Shown piece after piece: positions 18,136-27,776 of a stretch of 64,000 nucleotides of DNA. The stretch is taken from the IMG/VR virus record IMGVR_UViG_3300042473_001265, positions 186,001 to 250,000 of that record; one strand, given 5' to 3'. Under the pieces are notes generated by a model, which ran no database searches, was not told the origin of the DNA, and saw only the letters and a list, made by a program, of their open reading frames with translations. The translations under genes were made by a program, and so were the position numbers. Positions within the stretch are counted from its first letter, which is position 1. The number at the start of each line of letters is the position of its first letter.

Positions 18136-18741
18136 ATGGCTACAGTAAAAAACACCAGCGACGACTACACTATCACAGTAGCAAATGGTCTTGGCCTGTT
18201 GACCATCAATGCTGATCTTGACGTTGTTGGTAACATCACATACATTGACTCCAGCGAACTTAGAGTCACAGACCCATTTATCACAGTGGCGTATGACAAC
18301 AATGGTGCAATACAGAGCATGGGTCTGGTGGCCCAAAAATCCACTACCACCTACGCAGGCCTGCGTTTCAACACAGTGGCAGGTGATTGGGAAATTAGCC
18401 CAGCGGTCGCAGCAAACGGTGCTCCGATAACAGCATATTCTACTATTTCAACCGGCGGCGCAGCCCCTGGCCTGCCATTTAATTCGGTGCAGTTCAATGG
18501 AGCAGGCACATTCACCGGCAACTCAGCTTTTACATTTGACGCTGGCAATGCCAAAGTAAACATAACAGGACAATTGGTGTTGGCCAACATAGTGTCAACA
18601 CCGGCTACCACGCCTGATGTGGCAGCACTGTACAACAAACAAGTTGGCTCCGGCGGCACAGGCGTTTATGTCATAAGTTCCGCAGTCAACGATGAACTGG
18701 TTAGCAAAACCAAAGCAATTGTATTTGGCATTATATTTTAA
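18136..18741 (+). CDS. Putative structural/fibre-associated protein
   Basis: LDVVGNIT..VTDPFITV and SVQFNGAGTFTG fibre-type motifs. Confidence 0.65.
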   Translation: MATVKNTSDDYTITVANGLGLLTINADLDVVGNITYIDSSELRVTDPFITVAYDNNGAIQSMGLVAQKSTTTYAGLRFNTVAGDWEISPAVAANGAPITAYSTISTGGAAPGLPFNSVQFNGAGTFTGNSAFTFDAGNAKVNITGQLVLANIVSTPATTPDVAALYNKQVGSGGTGVYVISSAVNDELVSKTKAIVFGIIF

Positions 18742-18750
18742 GGAATCAAC

Positions 18751-19068
18751 ATGGCAATCACCAACACTCGGTTATATGATACTAACCCAACCACTGTATT
18801 TGCAGCAACAGGACAACAAGCTATCACAGTAATGTATTTTTGTAACACAACTTCAACCACTTGCTTGATAGATGTGTTTGTAATTGACAGTTCTGACAGT
18901 ACGGGCGCTGCCTTTAGCAATATGGTATATTCTTCACTTGAACTCACAGCAAACGAAACATATGTTATATCATTGGAAAAACTCATACTTGACAACGGTG
19001 ATCTAGTTGAAGTAGAAGCCAGCGTAGCAGATTGTGTCACAGTAACAGTGAGTTCAATCGCTGTGTAA
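18751..19068 (+). CDS. Small structural protein
   Basis: 105-aa beta-rich ORF with SD; EKLILDNGD. Confidence 0.65.
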   Translation: MAITNTRLYDTNPTTVFAATGQQAITVMYFCNTTSTTCLIDVFVIDSSDSTGAAFSNMVYSSLELTANETYVISLEKLILDNGDLVEVEASVADCVTVTVSSIAV

Positions 19069-19069
19069 C

Positions 19070-19468
19070 ATGGGAAACTGGACAAAAAATCGTGTTTTGG
19101 AATCCGGCAGCACTTCAGTTGTAATGCCGTCGGGTAGTTCTGGAACTCGTCCATTGGCTCCCGTTTTTGGTCAGTTTAGATTCAACACCGATAGTGCCAG
19201 TGTAGAATTTTATAACGGATCAATCTGGGTTACTTTGGCCAACGGTGGCGGTGTGTCATATGATGTTGACAGTTTTGTTGGCGACGGCAGTACTACTGTG
19301 TTCACAATGTCTATTCCTGAAAGTCTGGCGTCACAACTGATTGTGTTTGTGGGCAGTGTCTATCAAATACCCACTACAAACTACACTGTAAACGGTGGTT
19401 TCAGTATTACATTTACCAGTGCTCCGCCAAATGGATTGCCAATCAATGTAATTCACAGCACCAGTTAA
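19070..19468 (+). CDS. Small baseplate/fibre-associated protein
   Basis: GQFRFNT and GDGSTTVFT..VYQIP...Y..ITFTSAP modules also present in neighbouring genes. Confidence 0.7.
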   Translation: MGNWTKNRVLESGSTSVVMPSGSSGTRPLAPVFGQFRFNTDSASVEFYNGSIWVTLANGGGVSYDVDSFVGDGSTTVFTMSIPESLASQLIVFVGSVYQIPTTNYTVNGGFSITFTSAPPNGLPINVIHSTS

Positions 19469-19498
19469 CTAACTAAATACCCTGTTAGGGAAAAACCA

Positions 19499-21589
19499 AT
19501 GGCCATTAGTAAAATTGCAGGACAGATGTTGAAAGACAATCTCGAAAGAGACGGTGCTAATCTGGCAATTTCTGACACTGTGGCTGATACTCCAGTGGTG
19601 TTTGTTGACATACCCAACAGTCGTGTTGGATTTAACACTGCTGCACCTAACGCTACCGTAGATGTAGTGGGAAATATTCTAGCAGGAAATATTGCTGCGG
19701 CAGCAAACATATCGTCTGTGACACAGATATCCAATGTGCTGGTAGTTGTACAAACTGCCAACATTGGTGGTGTTAATATTGTAGGCAATGCTATTTCTGC
19801 AGACTCTGGTATATTGGCACTGGGATCTGCTGCAAACATTTCAATCACCGGCGGCTCACTCAATTACATTCTATCCACAGACGGAACAGGCAATCTATCC
19901 TGGGCGTCAATTAGCAATGTTGGCGCCATCGGCAATAACATTGCAATGGGCACCAACACATTGGGAAATCTTGTTAGTAATGCAGTTACATTGACAACCA
20001 CAACATCTGTCACAGATGGTATAACACAATTGAACTTGGTGCTGGGCAAACTGGTACCACCTAGCCCGCCCAATTTTCCCGGCGGCCAAACACTCAGTAT
20101 ATCCAGTGTTGCGACCTACAGAATGGCCAACATTGTTCAGACTGACAACACTCCTGGTGCCAACAAAGCAGTTGCAGCCGGCACCTCGGTGGCCAGTGTG
20201 CGTAGAGCAGCTACTTACGCCACCAACACTATCAGCACAGTGGGGCCTGGAGATACTGGTGTAATTACCGCAGTGGTCAATGGTGCCAATGTGGGAACAG
20301 TGACACTCAATGCTGCGGCAACCCCAACTGCCAATGGCACATACGGCGGCAATCTTGTTATCACTAACAACTATGATTACAATGTGGCCAATGCCAGTGT
20401 TGCATCAGGTTTTTGGTATGTGTTTTCGTCGGCAATTTCTGGCAGTAATGCACCGGCCGGGTGGAATGAACTTTACATAGCAGATTCTGCTGTGGGCAAT
20501 ACCAATACCCCCAGCTGGTACTATGACAACAGCAGTCCTGCAACTCCCAGTTTCAGCAGCAGCACAATGACACCACCGGGGTCACCAACTGTGGCCTACA
20601 GCAGTACTATTCCGCATTACACCAGTGCTACTCAATTTGCCATTACTGCCAATGTGGCCAATGTCAGTGGCAATACATATCCAACTTCAAATGTGTTAGC
20701 GTCTGGCACTGCTGCCGGAAGTTTTGCAGCGCCTGCGTCAGTCAATTACAATGCCAGCAACATTGGCAGCAATGTGCTTAATTCTTTTGCATCAGCGTCT
20801 TTTTCAACAACCAGCACTGTGACCACTGGATTTGGATCTAGCTCAACAGGGCCCAGTATAAGTGTCAACAACAGTTACAGCACAGGTACATTGACGTTGA
20901 CCGCAGCACTGGGCAATATAGTACTGCGTAAAACTGGTTCTGCTACCGCAGTGGACGAAGGCAACATTGTTGTGACCAGTGTTGGTTCTGGCAGTGGAAA
21001 TGCTGTGCGTATTGTGAACCCCGGCAGTGGAAACACACCTGCGTACACGGGCAGCGAAGCAAATTTTGATAGCCAATCATCTACTTTGGAAACATACGAT
21101 GCTGTTGTGGTAGGCAGTGCGTCTCAGGGTGTGCTCAAACACGATCAAACCAACTATGCCACTGGGTATTTGCCAGCAGGCCCCAATCTAAGCGCAGGCC
21201 GATCTGGAACACAGTACTTTACATTTAAGTTTGTGCGGGCCGATGTGAGTAAATTTGATATCACCTATGCTGGCAATGTGGCCGGCATGTGGGTGGCATT
21301 GCCCGGCAGTGTGATAGACGCCAGTTCTGGAGCAAACGGTTGGATCAACATGACAGTGGCCTACGCAGGAGCCGGATATCCCGGTGTCAACTCGCCCGGC
21401 AACGGGTCTGATGGTTGCAGTCTTGGCGGTGTGGTTGTGCCCAATGTGAACACAGCAAGCGTCAGCAAGACCTGTACATTTGGCACAGTGTCAAGTTCAA
21501 GCACTGGCACAAACGAAATTTATGTGAGACTGAGTCTTACATCTGGTCAATCAGTTACTGGCCTTTCATTAAAAGCAGCGAGTAACTGA
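19499..21589 (+). CDS. Ser/Thr/Gly/Asn-rich structural (fibre/baseplate) protein
   Basis: 696 aa, low-charge beta-type composition; TAAATA upstream. Confidence 0.7.
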   Translation: MAISKIAGQMLKDNLERDGANLAISDTVADTPVVFVDIPNSRVGFNTAAPNATVDVVGNILAGNIAAAANISSVTQISNVLVVVQTANIGGVNIVGNAISADSGILALGSAANISITGGSLNYILSTDGTGNLSWASISNVGAIGNNIAMGTNTLGNLVSNAVTLTTTTSVTDGITQLNLVLGKLVPPSPPNFPGGQTLSISSVATYRMANIVQTDNTPGANKAVAAGTSVASVRRAATYATNTISTVGPGDTGVITAVVNGANVGTVTLNAAATPTANGTYGGNLVITNNYDYNVANASVASGFWYVFSSAISGSNAPAGWNELYIADSAVGNTNTPSWYYDNSSPATPSFSSSTMTPPGSPTVAYSSTIPHYTSATQFAITANVANVSGNTYPTSNVLASGTAAGSFAAPASVNYNASNIGSNVLNSFASASFSTTSTVTTGFGSSSTGPSISVNNSYSTGTLTLTAALGNIVLRKTGSATAVDEGNIVVTSVGSGSGNAVRIVNPGSGNTPAYTGSEANFDSQSSTLETYDAVVVGSASQGVLKHDQTNYATGYLPAGPNLSAGRSGTQYFTFKFVRADVSKFDITYAGNVAGMWVALPGSVIDASSGANGWINMTVAYAGAGYPGVNSPGNGSDGCSLGGVVVPNVNTASVSKTCTFGTVSSSSTGTNEIYVRLSLTSGQSVTGLSLKAASN

Positions 21590-22908
21590 TGGCCATTGCA
21601 ATTGCACAATATGTTGACCTGCTGTTCAAGAAGCTGCAAGGCGTAGCAAAAACAGCCAACAGTGTAACCAAAGGAGCATCCAACGAAAGCATTGCCAGCC
21701 CGGCATTTATCCGTGGCGACATTGTGTGGATGCAGTCCGACCAGATTACTTCTACGGCTGCGGCAATTGCCAACATTGCCAACGCTAGAATAAATGGAAA
21801 TTCTGTAGAATGCATAGCAGATATCACGGTGCCACCTATTGGCGGCATACGCCCCACTTGGTTGTCCAATGTGACCTACTGGATCCCGCAAGAATTTGGG
21901 CCCACTTGGTTGCCAAAAGTGTTTGTGGGCCCGACAGGCGCAGCCAATATACAAGCAACAGGCACACAGATATTCACTGCTGGTATCGGCGGCGTTGGTG
22001 AATACTTTTTTGACACACAGGCCGGGGTACTTAATTTCATTGGTGAAACTATTCCCAGCGTACTCACAGCAGGCAATGTGGTGTACATTTCTGGCTATGA
22101 ATACATAGGCGCTCTTGGGGTAACCAATAATCCAGGTAATGCAATCATTGGCAATTTAACCATAGCCAATACTACTATATCAACATCGTTGGTTGATGGC
22201 AACATAACTCTTGCTGCAACAGGCAACGCCATAGTACAAATTACCGGCACTGCCGGCGTGTCAATTCCATCGGGCAACACAGCTCAACGGCCGGATCCGG
22301 CCGTTGAAGGCACATTGCGATTCAACACAGCCACAGGCATTGTGGAAATCTACACAGGAACTGCGTGGAAAGGTGCTGGCGAAGTAATAGCATCCATTAC
22401 CAATCAAACAATCAATGGCGACGGCAGCACTGCCACTTTTACCCTGGATAACCCGGCCACCGCAGCCAGTATTTTGGTCACTATCAACGGCGTTAATCAA
22501 ACTCCAGCAGTTGATTACACTGTGGCCAATGATGTAGACATAACATTTACCACAGTTCCTATTACATCAGATGTGATACAAATTCGATTTATTTCACAAG
22601 TTACCACTGTTGCTTCGGTCACAAACGCCAGTGGCAACACATCAGTCACGGCCACAGACAGCGGAAACATCAACTTTGAGATAAATAATTCCACAGTAGC
22701 ACAGATAACCAATGCCAGCATTTTGGATATCAGTGCCAGCCACAGCCTTCAATTGCCCACATACACAGTGGCAGAGGCCACTGGTCTAGCCAATGTAGCA
22801 ACAGGACAGGTGATCTATGTTTCCAACGGAGCAGCCGGATCACCGTGTTTAGCGGTCTACAGCGGCGGCTGGAAACAAGTTGCCATCGGCAACGCCATCA
22901 CAACTTGA
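21589..22908 (+). CDS. Structural (fibre/baseplate) protein
   Basis: GNTAQRP..GTLRFNT and NGDGSTATFTL modules; translationally coupled to the previous gene. Confidence 0.7.
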   Translation: MAIAIAQYVDLLFKKLQGVAKTANSVTKGASNESIASPAFIRGDIVWMQSDQITSTAAAIANIANARINGNSVECIADITVPPIGGIRPTWLSNVTYWIPQEFGPTWLPKVFVGPTGAANIQATGTQIFTAGIGGVGEYFFDTQAGVLNFIGETIPSVLTAGNVVYISGYEYIGALGVTNNPGNAIIGNLTIANTTISTSLVDGNITLAATGNAIVQITGTAGVSIPSGNTAQRPDPAVEGTLRFNTATGIVEIYTGTAWKGAGEVIASITNQTINGDGSTATFTLDNPATAASILVTINGVNQTPAVDYTVANDVDITFTTVPITSDVIQIRFISQVTTVASVTNASGNTSVTATDSGNINFEINNSTVAQITNASILDISASHSLQLPTYTVAEATGLANVATGQVIYVSNGAAGSPCLAVYSGGWKQVAIGNAITT

Positions 22909-23054
22909 AATAATTTTTTCCCTGCTTCATTGTCAATTTAACAACTGCTGAGCAGTGTATTCCTACGATTTTGGTAAATAACACTGTAATACTATACATT
23001 TGGCAAAATAAGTTGTTGGGTGAGCGAAACAGAATACCAAAACGGGAGTTTTAA

Positions 23055-26000
23055 ATGGCTGTAACAAGAATTAAGAATAATCAGATCACTGATGCAACCA
23101 TTGTTGCCAGTTCAAAGTTGGTTGATTATTCGATCAGTGCGGCAAAAATCGCCAACAACTTGACATACGGGTCAGACTTGACCATCACCGGGAACTTGAC
23201 AGTTCAAGGTAATACCACTGCAATTGACACCAACATCACTACCATTGAAGATCCAGTTATTTTGCTGGCATCAACACAGACAGGTAATGCAGCAGTTGAC
23301 ATTGGTTTCATTGGACAACGCGGTTTGCAAACAAACATTGCGTTTGTGTGGGATGAAAGCCAGGGTGTTTTTGTAACAGCATTCACAGACACACCTGAAA
23401 CAGCAACAACAATCAACATCACTGCGTATGCCAGCACAAAAGTATTGAATTCAGAAGTGACTGGCAATCTAGCTGTCACCGGTCAGAGCAATTTGGCCAA
23501 CATCCTAGTTGCTGCAAATTCATCTGTGAGTTTTGGCAACAATAAAATTAGCAATGTGGCTGACCCAGTAGGCGCTCAAGACGCAGCAACCAAAAACTAT
23601 GTTGACAGTGAACTCAGTAGTTCTGCGTTTAGTATCAGTGATGGGGTTACTACAGAATCAATTGTTGGCGGCGACACCATTGACTTTGAAGGCAGCACAA
23701 ACATCACCGTTGCAGTTGCCTCGGTCACTGGCAATATAAGCAGTGTCACTGCCACACTGACAAACGACGTCTCTATCAGTGGCAACTTTAGTGCCACTGG
23801 AACAATCACATCAAATACCACAATCACAGGTGGCAATGTGGCCACTGGTGGCACAGTCAGTGCTACTGGCACAATCACAGGTGGCAATGTGGCCACTGGT
23901 GGAACTGTCAGCTCCACCGGAACTGCCACAGTGGGTAATTTGGACACAGGTGGAACTGTCAGCTCAACCGGAACTGCCACAGTGGGTAATTTGGCCACAG
24001 GTGGCACTGTCAGCGCGACCAGTACAATCACTGGTGGCAATGTCAGTGCAGGCAGTGGATATATTTCTACAACTGGCAATGTCAACGCTGGCAATGTCAA
24101 CACAACAAGTATTGTTGGTGCAACAGTAACTGTTACATCTGCAGGTACTATTACATTTGCTGGCACACAGATTGATGCCAACAGCACAAAAATTATTAAT
24201 CTGGGTACTCCAACTGCTGGAACTGATGCTGCCAATAAAGATTATGTTGACAGCGTAGCACAAGGATTGAATATCAAAGCGTCAGTTCGTGTTGCTACTG
24301 CTGCTGCACTGCCAGCATACACCTACAACAATGGTACTGCTGGAGTTGGTGCAACTATTACTGCCGATGCAGTTGGTGCATTGGTTGTGGACGGGCAAAC
24401 ACTCACAGTGGTAGGTACTAGAGTTCTAGTTAAAAACGAAATAGGTGATGTTTCCGGCGCAAACTCAGCATACAACGGTATCTACACATTGACCACAGTT
24501 GGCACTGGCGGCGTGGCATTTGTGTTGACTCGTTCATTGGATATGAATGTGGCAGCAGAATTTGATGGTGCATTTACTTTTGTTTCCATTGGTACTGTAA
24601 ATGCAGACACTGGTTGGGTACAAACAAATGAAATTGCCACAGTTGGTACAACTCCGGTGTATTGGACACAGTTCTCCGGCGCTGGAGAATACACTGCTGG
24701 CAATGGTTTAACTTTAACAGGCACAGTATTCAGCGTCAATGTTGACGAAGTCACAACCACAATCAGCGGTGACAATGTTATTGTCAAAGCAAGCGCTCAA
24801 TTTACCACACCAAACATTGGTGCTGCTACCGGTACAAGTTTAAGTGTCACTGGTACAATTGCTGCTGATGGCACAGCCACAGTAGGTAATGTTGCAACTG
24901 GTGGAACTGTCAGTGCAACCGGCAACATCACCGGTGGTAATATTTTAACAAGTGGTGCAGGCGGCGCCATTTCTGGTTCTGGTAATATCACAGGTGGTAA
25001 TATCTTAACAGGTGGATTAATTAGTGCAGCTGGCACTGTTACAGGTGGCAACATTGCCACTGGTGGAACAGTTAGTTCAACTGGAACTGCTACTTTAGGT
25101 AATGTTGCAACTGGTGGCACAGTCAGTGCTACTGGTACAATCACATCAGCCGACACAATCACCGGTGGCAACTTGGCCACAGGCGGCACAGTCAGTGCAA
25201 CTGGCACAGCCACAGTAGGCAATTTGGCCACAGGTGGCACAGTCAGTGCAACCGGCACTGCTACTGTAGGTAATGTGGCTACAGGTGGCACTGTAAGTGC
25301 TACAGGCAATATCACCGGCGGTAATATCACAACAGCTGGTACCAGCACACTGGGCAACATTGTGATCAGCGGTGACGATATCACTGACACAAATGGCCGA
25401 GTAAACTTCAACACAGCCGGTGGCGATGTGGACTTTGCAGTCAACGGCGACACAGTGGCCAATGTGTTCTATGTGGATGCCGGCACAGGCACAGCCAGTT
25501 TTGGTAGTGCTACACAAACTACCGGTGCTGTGCTAGCATTGAACGCTGTTACATCGTTCTTGGTTCCGGTTGGAAATATTGGTCAACGACCAACTGGTGT
25601 AACTGGTATGTTGCGTTTCAACAGCCAAGAAAACTATATGGAAGTGTTCGACAACACTGAATGGACAGCAGTTGCTGCGCCACCTATCACTGTGATCACT
25701 GACGACCAGTTCAACGGTGACGGCAGCACAACAGTGTTTACATTGAGTGTGGCATCTACCACAGCTGGTACTATTGTGGCAATCAACGGTGTACAACAGT
25801 TGCCCACAGTGGCCTACGCCATATCAGGTACAACACTGACATTCACAGAAGCTCCAGCATCAGGCGACGTGATTGACAGTCGTGTGTTGACCACTACCAG
25901 CTCTGTTACTGCTCTACAAAACGGCAACAGTTCTGTTCAAATTCCATCCAGCGCCGGCAACATTGTTACCGATGTCAACGGTACAACAATAATGACTGTG

Positions 26001-26972
26001 AGTCCCGGCCTAGTAAATATACAAGGCAACTTGACTGTGAGTGGCAACGCCACACTGAGCGGCAACATTCTAGGCGATAGAATCCAAAACGGCACAACCA
26101 GTTTGGATATTCAATCACCTGGTGGCAATGCCAACATCAGTATAGGTGGTACCAGCAATGTGGCAGTGTTTACCACTGCTGGATTAAATGTTACTGGGGT
26201 AATTAGTGCAACCGGCAACATCACTGGTAATTATATTTTTGGTAATGGCTCGCAACTGACTGGTATTGATGCAACTAGTATTCAAAATGGCACATCAAGT
26301 TTATCAGTTATTGCCAGTGGTGGAAACATCCGTGGCAACATAGCTGGCAACACCGTAACAACAACACACGCAGGCGGGTTTGATGTGACTGGCAATATAG
26401 TCTTGAGCGGTGGAATTCAAGACTATGCCCAATTGGATATCCAGACCACCGCCGGCAATGCCAATATCGTGTTGACACCCCATGGCACTGGTAATGTTAA
26501 CTTTGGCAGCAACATCATGCCAACAGCCAATGCCACTGCCAATATTGGCAGTGCTACATCAAGCTTCAACACTATATTTGCCAAAGCAACATCGGCACAA
26601 TACGCTGACTTGGCAGAGAAGTATGCAGCAGATGCTGAATACGCTCCAGGCACAGTGGTATCGTTTGGTGGTGATGCAGAGGTCACTGCCAGTATCGATG
26701 CCGACAGTCGTGTAGCAGGTGTGGTCAGTACAAACCCAAGTTACATCATGAACGGTGGATTACAAGCCGAACATGTTGTCACAGTGGCGTTGACAGGTCG
26801 TGTACCAACTCGTGTCACTGGAACTGTACGCAAAGGTGATTTGATGGTAAGCGCTGGCGATGGCGCAGCTCGTGCTGAAGCTGTTCCAGCACCAGGTACA
26901 ATCATTGGTAAAGCACTGGCCAACCATGACGGTGCAGAAGGTACTATAGAAGTGGTAGTGGGACGCTTCTAA
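23055..26972 (+). CDS. Long tail-fibre-like protein with 17-aa repeats and a C-terminal chaperone/peptidase-like domain
   Basis: DAATKNYVD motifs, GN(V/L)ATGGTVSATG repeats, YADLAEKY..VAGVVST.P..VALTGRVP..KGDL..IGKAL. Confidence 0.8.
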   Translation: MAVTRIKNNQITDATIVASSKLVDYSISAAKIANNLTYGSDLTITGNLTVQGNTTAIDTNITTIEDPVILLASTQTGNAAVDIGFIGQRGLQTNIAFVWDESQGVFVTAFTDTPETATTINITAYASTKVLNSEVTGNLAVTGQSNLANILVAANSSVSFGNNKISNVADPVGAQDAATKNYVDSELSSSAFSISDGVTTESIVGGDTIDFEGSTNITVAVASVTGNISSVTATLTNDVSISGNFSATGTITSNTTITGGNVATGGTVSATGTITGGNVATGGTVSSTGTATVGNLDTGGTVSSTGTATVGNLATGGTVSATSTITGGNVSAGSGYISTTGNVNAGNVNTTSIVGATVTVTSAGTITFAGTQIDANSTKIINLGTPTAGTDAANKDYVDSVAQGLNIKASVRVATAAALPAYTYNNGTAGVGATITADAVGALVVDGQTLTVVGTRVLVKNEIGDVSGANSAYNGIYTLTTVGTGGVAFVLTRSLDMNVAAEFDGAFTFVSIGTVNADTGWVQTNEIATVGTTPVYWTQFSGAGEYTAGNGLTLTGTVFSVNVDEVTTTISGDNVIVKASAQFTTPNIGAATGTSLSVTGTIAADGTATVGNVATGGTVSATGNITGGNILTSGAGGAISGSGNITGGNILTGGLISAAGTVTGGNIATGGTVSSTGTATLGNVATGGTVSATGTITSADTITGGNLATGGTVSATGTATVGNLATGGTVSATGTATVGNVATGGTVSATGNITGGNITTAGTSTLGNIVISGDDITDTNGRVNFNTAGGDVDFAVNGDTVANVFYVDAGTGTASFGSATQTTGAVLALNAVTSFLVPVGNIGQRPTGVTGMLRFNSQENYMEVFDNTEWTAVAAPPITVITDDQFNGDGSTTVFTLSVASTTAGTIVAINGVQQLPTVAYAISGTTLTFTEAPASGDVIDSRVLTTTSSVTALQNGNSSVQIPSSAGNIVTDVNGTTIMTVSPGLVNIQGNLTVSGNATLSGNILGDRIQNGTTSLDIQSPGGNANISIGGTSNVAVFTTAGLNVTGVISATGNITGNYIFGNGSQLTGIDATSIQNGTSSLSVIASGGNIRGNIAGNTVTTTHAGGFDVTGNIVLSGGIQDYAQLDIQTTAGNANIVLTPHGTGNVNFGSNIMPTANATANIGSATSSFNTIFAKATSAQYADLAEKYAADAEYAPGTVVSFGGDAEVTASIDADSRVAGVVSTNPSYIMNGGLQAEHVVTVALTGRVPTRVTGTVRKGDLMVSAGDGAARAEAVPAPGTIIGKALANHDGAEGTIEVVVGRF
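23790..24100 (+). repeat. Tandem ~51-bp (17-aa) fibre repeats, block 1 (boundaries approximate)
   Basis: Recurrent GCCACTGGTGGCACAGTCAGTGC-like units. Confidence 0.8.
24860..25340 (+). repeat. Tandem ~51-bp (17-aa) fibre repeats, block 2 (boundaries approximate)
   Basis: Same TxGNxATGGTVSATGT unit repeated several times. Confidence 0.8.
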
Positions 26973-26990
26973 ACAGGTAACGCTGTACAG

Positions 26991-27017
26991 GATAGGGTCT
27001 TCGGACCCTATCTTTTT
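26991..27017 (+). terminator. Rho-independent terminator (cUUCGg loop)
   Basis: GATAGGGTC-TTCG-GACCCTATC-TTTTT. Confidence 0.9.
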
Positions 27018-27036
27018 ATCGGATAGGTAGAATATT

Positions 27037-27360
27037 ATGACAGTAAGCATTGGACCAGGATGGACGATAGGAGCAGGTTGGCAAATAGGTGTAGAAGTAT
27101 TTCTTACTACTACAGGTGCTCAAAATTATGCAGCCGATGGTGCAACCATGAACACTTTCAGAGTGTTACTCAGAGGCGGCAACTGGGATGAGTTTTATGC
27201 AAATTATACCAACGGCACTTGGTCTTGTGTAGAAATTCCTGGATCAGTAGTCGTCAATATGGCTATCCCTGATCCTAGCGAACCAGAGAGTCCAAGCATT
27301 ACCATCACTGGTGGCACGTTTGTTCTGAATAACTCCTACACTTTCCAAGGATACGCATAA
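27037..27360 (+). CDS. Small protein, paralog 1 (IGPGWTIGAGW N-terminus)
   Basis: Shares N- and C-terminal motifs with 27363-27695. Confidence 0.7.
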   Translation: MTVSIGPGWTIGAGWQIGVEVFLTTTGAQNYAADGATMNTFRVLLRGGNWDEFYANYTNGTWSCVEIPGSVVVNMAIPDPSEPESPSITITGGTFVLNNSYTFQGYA

Positions 27361-27362
27361 TC

Positions 27363-27695
27363 ATGCCAGTAACAATAGGACCAGGATGGACCATAGGCGC
27401 AGGGTGGGCAATAGATGGTGGCCCCACTCTTGTCACGACCAGCAGTGGTCAAAACGTTGGCGGCAGTCCAAACACTCAAGGATTTTTCTTTGCTGTGTTA
27501 AACAGAAGCGAACCGGGTTGGGATTACTTTGCAGCCAATGGCAACAACGGAAATTGGACAGCCACTGGTGATTTTGGCAGCGGTACTGCCACTGTTCCTG
27601 TACTCAGCGTGCCACAAGATGCTGATTCAGTTTACCCAATAGTAAGCGGCGGCCTATTTCAGCCTGGGTTATTTTATACTTTCCAGGGATATTAA
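27363..27695 (+). CDS. Small protein, paralog 2 (IGPGWTIGAGW N-terminus)
   Basis: IGPGWTIGAGW.I ... YTFQGY, as in the preceding gene. Confidence 0.7.
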   Translation: MPVTIGPGWTIGAGWAIDGGPTLVTTSSGQNVGGSPNTQGFFFAVLNRSEPGWDYFAANGNNGNWTATGDFGSGTATVPVLSVPQDADSVYPIVSGGLFQPGLFYTFQGY

Positions 27696-27712
27696 ACTAT
27701 AATTTTTAACTC

Positions 27713-27743
27713 AAAACAGGACTCTTCGGAGTCCTGTTTTTTT
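27713..27743 (+). terminator. Rho-independent terminator (cUUCGg loop) followed by a TAAATA box
   Basis: AAAACAGGACTC-TTCG-GAGTCCTGTTTTTTT. Confidence 0.9.
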
Positions 27744-27776
27744 GGCTAAATACAGCTAACAAACTGGAAAAAATCA

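Noticed and set aside
23790-25340. Possible CRISPR-like array
   Set aside because: The repeats are in-frame, degenerate at third codon positions, and lack unique spacers; they are protein repeats.
23204-25462. Long antisense ORFs opposite the fibre gene, and similar shadow ORFs elsewhere
   Set aside because: Explained by codon bias and repeats on the coding strand; no motifs or expression signals.
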